From an uncultured Rikenellaceae bacterium (lineage in GTDB: Bacteria; Bacteroidota; Bacteroidia; Bacteroidales; VadinHA17): 64,000 nucleotides of DNA. Positions 49,581-56,963 of the stretch are shown here, one piece after another (position 1 is the first letter of the stretch; each line of letters opens with the position of its first letter). The notes under the pieces were generated by a model. The model saw only the letters and a program-made list of their open reading frames with translations. It was not told where the DNA came from and ran no database searches. The translations under genes and the position numbers were made by a program. The stretch covers positions 635-64,634 of the forward strand of contig CAYYIW010000018.1 of NCBI GenBank assembly GCA_964472085.1, given 5' to 3'.

Positions 49581-49973
49581 TTATTCATCATCATGGCCGG
49601 TCATGACAAAATTATAGGGGACATTAAGAACTGAGGAAATATATTCACCCTTTTCAATTATATCTTCATCACCTTCCTCATAGTACCAGTTAACAATAAG
49701 CTTTTTATTTTTAAGCTTCACCTTTTCAATCTTTTTAAGCAACTCAACGTAGAACTTAAGATTATTGGTATTAAGGTATTCGAGGTGAAAGTCAACACAA
49801 GTTATATCCGCCGGATCAGCAAGATAACTATCAACAAGTGCTTCGACCTGTCTTGAGAACTCTGTTATATTGCTTATCATCGATCTACCCATGATCCTGA
49901 TAAATCCATTTGAATGCAGAGTTACTTCAGGCGTGCTCTTGGTTGCATGAATTTTTTTCGTCAAAGAATTCAT
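49581..49973 (-). CDS. DUF1987 / SiaC-family protein
   Basis: TPEV.L...G.I.I.GRS..SN...F.......V..Y...P......DF.LEY.NT...K....LLKK pattern, recalled from DUF1987. Confidence 0.7.
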   Translation of the reverse strand: MNSLTKKIHATKSTPEVTLHSNGFIRIMGRSMISNITEFSRQVEALVDSYLADPADITCVDFHLEYLNTNNLKFYVELLKKIEKVKLKNKKLIVNWYYEEGDEDIIEKGEYISSVLNVPYNFVMTGHDDE

Positions 49974-50156
49974 CCTGTTTTAAAACGTCAATGATATGAT
50001 GTTGCTTCTTCTCTTATAGACACCTCTTCCCCGGGATGTTTATTTTCAGGTCTGGTTGAGTGATATATCGTCAGGGTATTACATATATCTCCTCCAAAGA
50101 TAATATTTTTTCTAAAAATCATAATTTATCTTACAAATATGTCCCGGGGATTTCCT

Positions 50157-52208
50157 TTAACGGCTCTTTTGCACGGTGTAAGTCTTCCTGTCGGGCCCCA
50201 CTCCCTTTATGGTCAGGGATTTCCATTTACCCGGTAATACCGGGTTCTTTTGTATTATGCCTTCATCCGTTATGTGCAATCCACCGAATCCGAATAATAT
50301 TGTCTGCAGCATACCTCCGGCACCGGTTACAAAATAGGCGTTCTCAAACAGTGGTGATTCCGACAGTGAACCAAATGGAGGCCGTTTATTGGATTCATAA
50401 CTGTTTTTAAATAGCCTGTATGAATTTACAGAATCCCCCAGCCTGGCATAGATAAGCGCCAGAACTGATTTACCCATTGCCGGTCCCACATGTGCGAAAC
50501 GAGGTTCATAATACTGAATATCACGGATGATTGATTCCTTTGAGGTGATTATATTGAGAGGATATGCCAGCAGGTTCACATCTGCCTGTTTTACTGTATC
50601 CCCTCTATAAGTCCTGTATTCTTTCGTGGTTCCGTCCGGAAATTTATGTATAACAAGATTATCCGCTACTGTTTTCCATAAGGGATTTACCGAAGAACCC
50701 GTTACTGCAGCAGCTTTGCCGGCTATCCTGAGAGCCGTTATAACAGCTCCATTGGTAAAGGCATCATCATCGACATTATGAGCATATTCATCAGCACCCA
50801 CAACATTATTTACAGACCAGGTCCCGTCGTTATTCCTTGTAGACCTGCTCACCCAGAAGTCTGCTATCTTTCTTATCATTGGAAAGCCTTTTTCTATAAG
50901 CCATTTATTGTTTTTTGTGATCCTGAAGTAGTTCCAGGCTGCGATAGCCACATCTGCCGTTATATGATGTTCGAAAGTTCCTGTAAGGGCAAACGGGGGC
51001 GTTGCTTCTTCACCGGATCTGGCACTTTCCCAGGGATACATCGCTCCTTTATAACCATAGTTGGCAGCCTTTCTTTCAGCCGGTGCCAGCCTGTCTGTCC
51101 TGTAGTTGATCATAGACTCTGCAATACCCTGGTTAAACAACAGTACAGGGGGAAATATCCAGAGTTCGGCATCCCAGAAAATGTGTCCACCAAGGGTTGT
51201 CGCTGTAAGTCCCATAGGAGGTATACTTAAATTGCTGCCTGCTCTTCCCGATGAATATATGTTATATAGAGCCAGCCTTATATCAAGCTGAGCCTGGTGA
51301 TCCCCTTCGATCTCAATATCACCCTGCCAGAGCTTCGTCCATAATTGCCTGTGGGTGCCGATTAGTGTCTTTCCCGGGGTAAGCATCAGGTAAATTACCT
51401 CCCGTTCCGATTCTGACCTGGGATCTACAAAATCGCGGGTGGTACATTCAGCCCCTGCCCAGGCAAACAGGAGAACAGAATCTTTCTTAACTTCCCTGGT
51501 GAAGGAGAGCCTGTTTTGGTATGCTGAAGGGATGGAAGAGATTAATGCAGGCCTCTGGTCTTTCCTGGTAGTATTTATATCATGCCAGATGAAAGCAGCC
51601 GTGGTGGATACAAGGTTTCTTCCCTGTCTGCTCCTTGCGACTGTTTTAATGAAAGGCATGGTAGTCTCATTGTCAGTTAGTATCTCGAACGTATCTGACG
51701 GTGATTTATAGTCAGGCGGAGTAAGTATTTCACCGGTAACCTTAACATCAATATTCTTTTTCGCTATGATTGTAAAGTCCATGTAGCCGGTGAACTGCAG
51801 GTTACGCAGGGCATAAATATCGTATGATATAACCGCCTTGTTGCCAAAGCTGAAACTTGTATTAAGACAGGCTCCCTTCATATCCAGGGTTTGTCTCCAG
51901 CCGGATATATTTTCAGCGGTAACCTTAATCCCGTCAATCTCTATTTCAAGGTTACAGAAATTCATGCCTGTCAGTACACTGTTGTTATCCATTGGCTTCT
52001 CATAGTCGAAGACATTATTCAGTATGATCTTTTGTGTCCTGAAAGGTACAGGTGAAGACAGTATTCCAATACGGCCGTTTGCCATTGTGACGCCCGTATA
52101 ATTTCCTGTATCGGAGGCTGTGATGTGCCAGCCATCTTCCTGGCACGAGGCCCTGGTGGCCAGGATTGATACTGCAAAGCAAAGGAGGATTAAGGTTCTG
52201 CGATTCAT
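50157..52208 (-). CDS. Secreted glycoside hydrolase family 65 protein
   Basis: Catalytic-domain block GGHIFWDAELWIFPPVLLFNQGIAESMINYRTDRLAPAERKAANYGYKGAMYPWESARSGEEATP closely parallels GH65 enzymes. I prefer the start at MNRRTLILLCFAVSIL (ATG complement at 52206-52208), which gives a signal peptide. Confidence 0.85.
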   Translation of the reverse strand: MNRRTLILLCFAVSILATRASCQEDGWHITASDTGNYTGVTMANGRIGILSSPVPFRTQKIILNNVFDYEKPMDNNSVLTGMNFCNLEIEIDGIKVTAENISGWRQTLDMKGACLNTSFSFGNKAVISYDIYALRNLQFTGYMDFTIIAKKNIDVKVTGEILTPPDYKSPSDTFEILTDNETTMPFIKTVARSRQGRNLVSTTAAFIWHDINTTRKDQRPALISSIPSAYQNRLSFTREVKKDSVLLFAWAGAECTTRDFVDPRSESEREVIYLMLTPGKTLIGTHRQLWTKLWQGDIEIEGDHQAQLDIRLALYNIYSSGRAGSNLSIPPMGLTATTLGGHIFWDAELWIFPPVLLFNQGIAESMINYRTDRLAPAERKAANYGYKGAMYPWESARSGEEATPPFALTGTFEHHITADVAIAAWNYFRITKNNKWLIEKGFPMIRKIADFWVSRSTRNNDGTWSVNNVVGADEYAHNVDDDAFTNGAVITALRIAGKAAAVTGSSVNPLWKTVADNLVIHKFPDGTTKEYRTYRGDTVKQADVNLLAYPLNIITSKESIIRDIQYYEPRFAHVGPAMGKSVLALIYARLGDSVNSYRLFKNSYESNKRPPFGSLSESPLFENAYFVTGAGGMLQTILFGFGGLHITDEGIIQKNPVLPGKWKSLTIKGVGPDRKTYTVQKSR

Positions 52209-52353
52209 ATTATTGCCATATTTTACGATGTCCGGGTGTCCAAAATTGATGTTCCCGGGATCAAATTTACTATTTCCTTTTATAAGATGCCCGTTAGAAG
52301 TAAGTAAATCGTTACGCCTTCCCGAACAATTTTTCAATATCAGTGTTGGATAA

Positions 52354-52369
52354 TTTAAGTATACTTAAA
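52354..52369. promoter_or_regulatory. Perfect 16-bp palindrome TTTAAGTATACTTAAA; candidate DtxR/MntR-type operator
   Basis: Verified base by base to be self-complementary. It ends 14 nt upstream of the ATG (52384) of the DtxR-family gene. Confidence 0.45.
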
Positions 52370-52383
52370 AAATAATTTAAAAA

Positions 52384-53052
52384 ATGGGAACAAATGTTTC
52401 AATATCTACTGAAGATTTTCTGAAAACGATCTATAAAGTTGAGCAGGATGAAGGAACGTATACACGTCCGGGACTGGTAGCGCGTGAGCTTGGTATAACA
52501 AATGCTGCAGTTACTGATATGGCCAGGAAACTGGCTGTAAAAAAGTTAATTGATTATGAGAAGTACAGGAAATACAGACTTACGCCTGCAGGCAAAAGAA
52601 TAGCTCTTGGTATTATAAGAAAACACAGGTTGTGGGAGACATTTCTAAACCAGGTATTTGGTCTTTCACTGCATGAGATACATCAGGAGGCTGAATTACT
52701 GGAACATTTGACTTCGGATTTTCTGGCAGAAAAGATCAATCTTTTCCTGGGAAACCCAAAAACTGATCCGCATGGAGATCCTATTCCTGATGAAAACGGT
52801 AAGATACATACTGACAGGGACACTATCAGGCTAAGCAGGGCTGATGCCGGGAGTAAATATGTGATAAGCCGCCTGTTGGGTTCTGATGAGGAATTTTTTA
52901 AATTCTGTAAGGCCAATAACCTTGTAATCGGTTCCCTCGTTAGTGTGAGGGTGCAATATTTAAAAAGCAGAATGACTGAACTTGAGGCAAACGGAACCAA
53001 AATCGTGCTTAACTCAGAAATCTCTGATTTGATTTTTGTTAAGAAGTCATAA
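52384..53052 (+). CDS. DtxR/MntR-family metal-dependent transcriptional regulator with C-terminal FeoA/SH3-like domain
   Basis: EDFLKTIY......ARELGITNAAVTDMARKL......Y.KYR...LT..G...A..I.RKHRLWE.FL, and HEIH.EAE.LEH. Confidence 0.85.
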   Translation: MGTNVSISTEDFLKTIYKVEQDEGTYTRPGLVARELGITNAAVTDMARKLAVKKLIDYEKYRKYRLTPAGKRIALGIIRKHRLWETFLNQVFGLSLHEIHQEAELLEHLTSDFLAEKINLFLGNPKTDPHGDPIPDENGKIHTDRDTIRLSRADAGSKYVISRLLGSDEEFFKFCKANNLVIGSLVSVRVQYLKSRMTELEANGTKIVLNSEISDLIFVKKS

Positions 53053-53104
53053 GATTATGCCTTACCGGATTAAAAAAGTAAAATTAACCAAGCAAAATAA
53101 TAAA

Positions 53105-53884
53105 ATGAAAGTAGGATTGGCATTAATATTTGTACTGTTTTCAACAAACGCCCTTGCCCAGGATACAATACCCCCACTTATTACTGACAGGCCTGATCAG
53201 GCGGAATCTGCATCTGTTGTCCCATGGAAGTATTTACAAATAGAGACCGGATTTATAAAACAAAATGACTGGACAAACGGTGCCCTTAATAAGTCAATTG
53301 GCTTCAATACCACATTATTCAGATACGGGCTGTTAAATAACCTGGAGTTTAGGCTTGGGATTGATTATCTGGGAGATGAAATAAGGACTTTTTCTTCTGA
53401 TAATGTCACTAAATTTTCAGGTCTGGCCCCAGTTTATTCAGGTTTCAAAATAAAAATTGGGGAAGAGAAAGGATTAAAGCCTTCAATGGCATTTCTTGCA
53501 GGAATATTTTTACCATTTCCTGCCGGCAGTCATTATAAAACAGCAAATACGGCAGCCGACATGAAATTTGCTTTCTCCAATACACTAACAGACCATTTGT
53601 CGGTTGGATACAATATTGGAGTTATTTGGGATGGAGACACCACAATTCCTGATTACTATTATTCTGCTTCCTTCGGAATAAATCTCTCCGAAAGATGGGA
53701 TGCATTTATTGAAAGCTATAGCTATTTTCCTGAACAGGGGAAGCAGGAATATCTGGCTGATGCCGGCTTAACCTGGAGGTTATTGCCAAATCTTCAGTTT
53801 GATCTTAGCGGAGGGATTGGCATAAGTAAATCCGCACCTGACAATTTTATAAGTTTTGGCCTAACTTACAGGATACCACGTTAG
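53105..53884 (+). CDS. Outer-membrane beta-barrel of the 'transporter' (MetA-pathway/Phenol_MetA_deg-like) family
   Basis: Signal peptide at the ATG at 53105, mature N-terminus TDRPDQAESASVVPWKYLQIETGF, alternating beta pattern, and an aromatic C-terminal strand (LTYRIPR). Confidence 0.6.
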   Translation: MKVGLALIFVLFSTNALAQDTIPPLITDRPDQAESASVVPWKYLQIETGFIKQNDWTNGALNKSIGFNTTLFRYGLLNNLEFRLGIDYLGDEIRTFSSDNVTKFSGLAPVYSGFKIKIGEEKGLKPSMAFLAGIFLPFPAGSHYKTANTAADMKFAFSNTLTDHLSVGYNIGVIWDGDTTIPDYYYSASFGINLSERWDAFIESYSYFPEQGKQEYLADAGLTWRLLPNLQFDLSGGIGISKSAPDNFISFGLTYRIPR

Positions 53885-53941
53885 TAGGTATAATTATCTA
53901 ATAATTATTTTAAAATTGAATACTTAAATTAAAGCTGACTA

Positions 53942-55834
53942 ATGCAAAACGTAACTATACAAGCAAAACATAAGACTGGCGAAAAGTCGCTTGAGGAGGT
54001 TCATAACAGTGTAAAGACGCAGTATCCGACATTATTAAAGCGCATATTTGCTTTTGCCGGACCGGCTTTCCTGGTAAGTGTTGGCTACATGGATCCGGGG
54101 AACTGGGCTACTGACCTGGAAGGCGGTTCGCGCTTCGGCTACAAGCTTGTCTGGGTAATCCTTATGTCTAATATGATGGCTATTCTTCTGCAAACCTTAT
54201 CTGCACGTCTCGGTATCGTAACCGGAAAGGATCTTGCCCAGGCATGCCGGTCAGAGTATTCGAAACGAGCATCATTCCTGCTCTGGATACTTGGTGAAAT
54301 TGCAATTGCTGCCTGTGACCTGGCTGAGGTTCTTGGTACAATACTGGGTTTGAACCTGCTGTTTGGATTGCCTCTTCTGTGGGGAGCTGCTGTCACTCTT
54401 TTTGATACATTTCTTTTACTGTTAATCCAGAAGCTTGGAATCAGAAAAATGGAAGCGTTTATATTGTCCCTGATAACAATAATAGCAGGTGGCTTTATTG
54501 TAAACCTGTTTCTTGCAAAGCCTGACTGGGGATCAGCTGTAGCGGGCCTTGCACCATCTCTTCCTTCAGGCTCGGTTTATATTATACTTGGAATAATAGG
54601 TGCAACGGTCATGCCACATAATCTGTATCTTCATTCATCACTTGTACAGACCAGGCGTATTTCTCGTACAATTGATTCAAAATCCAGCGCCTGTAAATAC
54701 AATTTACTGGACTCAACTATTGCATTGAATGCCGCGTTTTTTGTTAATGCTGCAATACTTATTCTGGCAGCAGCTGTTTTTTTCAAAAACGGCATTGTTG
54801 TTACTGAAATTCAACAGGCACATCAACTTCTTGAACAATTACTCGGAACGAAGACAGCTTCAATTGCTTTCGGAATTGCATTACTGGCATCCGGGCAGAG
54901 TTCAACACTTACAGGAACACTGGCCGGGCAAATTGTTATGGAGGGATTTGTAAAAATCCGCCTCAGACCTTACCTGCGCAGGTTGTTAACACGATCAATT
55001 GCCCTGGTGCCGGCAGTAGTTGTAATATCCATATCGGGAAGCGAAGGTACATATAAATTACTCATCCTTAGCCAGGTGATACTCAGTCTCCAGCTTCCTT
55101 TCGCAATTGTTCCCCTTGTACATTTTACAAGCGACAGACTTAAAATGGGATCTTTTGTTAATAAGCTCTGGGTGAAAGTACTGGCCTGGATAACTTCGGT
55201 TATAATTATACTACTTAATAGCAAACTGGTCTATGACCAAATTAAATCATGGATGGAGGGCGGTGTGCCATCAGTAATATCAATCATGTCGGTAGCGGTT
55301 GCAATAGCGGTCTTCCTGTTTCTGATCTATATTATCGTTCTGCCCTTTATCAGGGGGGAGAAAGCCTGGAGTGAAAGAAAACCCAGGAGTGCGATGGGAG
55401 TCATTGAGAAAATAGAGACATTTAAAATGAAAAGTATTGCAGTAGCACTGGCGCGTGATGAAAAGGATGCTGCAATTGTCAGCCGTGCCTTATCGGTGGC
55501 CAGGTCTGAGAAAGCTGTTCTTACGCTGGTTCATGTGGTAGATTCTGCGTCGACATTAATCAATGATAAGGATGTATATGATGAACACACCAGGGATGAT
55601 GAACAATACCTTTCTACAATCGCAGATGAGGCAAGAACGTTGGGTATCAATGTACAAATTGCTCTCTTATTTGGGGATCCGGCCAGGGAACTGCAAAAAT
55701 TCGTTGAATCAAACAACATTGAAATGATTGTAATGGGTTCACATGGGCACAGGCTTTTAGGCGATCTGCTATGGGGTGAAACAGTTGATCCTTTACGACA
55801 CAAGATCAGGATACCTGTGCTTATAGTCCAGTAA
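53942..55834 (+). CDS. mntH: Nramp-family divalent metal transporter fused to a C-terminal universal stress protein (USP) domain
   Basis: Nramp motifs GPAFLVSVGYMDPGNWATDL and ATVMPHNLYLHS. The C-terminal ~135 aa (from M496, nt 55427) show USP hallmarks LVHVVD...., IVMGSHGH, G.V......IPVLIV. Confidence 0.9.
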   Translation: MQNVTIQAKHKTGEKSLEEVHNSVKTQYPTLLKRIFAFAGPAFLVSVGYMDPGNWATDLEGGSRFGYKLVWVILMSNMMAILLQTLSARLGIVTGKDLAQACRSEYSKRASFLLWILGEIAIAACDLAEVLGTILGLNLLFGLPLLWGAAVTLFDTFLLLLIQKLGIRKMEAFILSLITIIAGGFIVNLFLAKPDWGSAVAGLAPSLPSGSVYIILGIIGATVMPHNLYLHSSLVQTRRISRTIDSKSSACKYNLLDSTIALNAAFFVNAAILILAAAVFFKNGIVVTEIQQAHQLLEQLLGTKTASIAFGIALLASGQSSTLTGTLAGQIVMEGFVKIRLRPYLRRLLTRSIALVPAVVVISISGSEGTYKLLILSQVILSLQLPFAIVPLVHFTSDRLKMGSFVNKLWVKVLAWITSVIIILLNSKLVYDQIKSWMEGGVPSVISIMSVAVAIAVFLFLIYIIVLPFIRGEKAWSERKPRSAMGVIEKIETFKMKSIAVALARDEKDAAIVSRALSVARSEKAVLTLVHVVDSASTLINDKDVYDEHTRDDEQYLSTIADEARTLGINVQIALLFGDPARELQKFVESNNIEMIVMGSHGHRLLGDLLWGETVDPLRHKIRIPVLIVQ

Positions 55835-55951
55835 AAAGGCAGAAATTCTTATAATAAGAAACCACATTGTTTTAAAGCATTACAGGCAACAAGATTCCTT
55901 CTGTCCGGCAGAATAGTTGTTTATTAAAGAGATTAACCGAAGAAAGAGTTT

Positions 55952-56521
55952 TTACTTTTTGAAATTCACTATATCGTTAAAATCATTTCTTTTTGACGCA
56001 GCACTGACAGCATCAACAGTCTTGTCAACATTACCGATACGCAGAACCACAACAGCATTATATCCTTCGGATATTCCATATGTATTCTTTTGTGCATTCA
56101 CTTTTCCGGCAGGGCTGCCTAATATTCTGGCACCCAGACCGAGACCATGTGCAGCAATAAACATACTTTCGGCAGCAAGGCCGCAGTCAAATTCAGATAT
56201 CGAACCAACCTGCTGTGATTCCCGCCCCGAAATAATGATTAGTACATTACCCGCAACAACATTATTTACAATCTCTTTCATCAAACTTTCATCCTGGATG
56301 ACCGTGAATCTCCAGGGCTGTAAGTTCCTGGCACTGGGAGCCTTAATTCCGCATTTCAGGATAACATCGAGTTGGGCATCTGTAACGGGTTCTGTTGAGT
56401 AAGACCTTTCAGAGTATGCAGATAATAATAAATCAGTAACATTATTACCGGCAGGCTGGCTTTTCATTAACTGGCAGGTAGCTAGCATAATGATAATTAA
56501 AAATAGTGTTTTGATCTTCAT
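55952..56521 (-). CDS. Nitroreductase-family protein with an N-terminal signal peptide
   Basis: RSYS.EPV.D..L..IL.CG..APSA.N.QPW.F.V nitroreductase signature, preceded by MKIKTLFLIIIMLATCQLMKS. Confidence 0.8.
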   Translation of the reverse strand: MKIKTLFLIIIMLATCQLMKSQPAGNNVTDLLLSAYSERSYSTEPVTDAQLDVILKCGIKAPSARNLQPWRFTVIQDESLMKEIVNNVVAGNVLIIISGRESQQVGSISEFDCGLAAESMFIAAHGLGLGARILGSPAGKVNAQKNTYGISEGYNAVVVLRIGNVDKTVDAVSAASKRNDFNDIVNFKK

Positions 56522-56690
56522 GACGGATGGTAATAAAATGATTGTGCATAATAAGATGTAAGTTATGAAATTGAAATAAAACAGGGAAAAGATTCAGCGG
56601 ATAAATGTCAATACAGGATATATTGCAGAGTTTTTCTGTTATTTGATTAACAAAGATATCTTTCATATTTTTAATTACTTAATTTATTAT

Positions 56691-56963
56691 ATGGCGAGTA
56701 TAATTCAAGGATACACTTACGACATCTTCATAAGTTACCGGCATAAAGACAACAAGTACGACGGCTGGGTAACTGAGTTTGTAAATAACCTGAAACGGGA
56801 ACTGGAGGGCACCTTTAAGGAAGAAATAAGCGTTTATTTTGACATAAACAAAAAGGACGGTCTTCTTTATACACATATTGTTGATGCATCACTGAAAGAA
56901 AAACTGAAGTGCCTGGTTTTTATTCCTATACTTTCTCAAACTTTTGTGATCCGAATCTCATGA
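56691..56963 (+). pseudogene. 5' remnant of a TIR-domain protein gene (about the first 85-90 aa only)
   Basis: YDIFISYRHKDNKYDGWVTEFVNNLKRELEGTFKEEISVYFDINKKDGLL....DASLKEKLKCLVFIPILSQTF is a canonical bacterial TIR N-terminal half. The frame ends at 56963 inside the GH92 start region, and the ...CDPN continuation appears in another frame. Confidence 0.6.

Noticed and set aside
56909-56959. GTG-initiated 17-aa N-terminal extension of GH92 (MPGFYSYTFSNFCDPNL) given by the ORF track.
   Set aside because: The ATG at 56960 yields a canonical lipoprotein signal peptide (MKKLYFILAALIIFSAC). The extension is better explained as out-of-frame residue of the TIR remnant.
56691-56963. An active TIR-based anti-phage defence gene.
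   Set aside because: Only the N-terminal ~90 aa are present, the reading frame terminates inside the GH92 start region, and no partner effector or sensor genes are adjacent. I treat it as a remnant rather than a working system.
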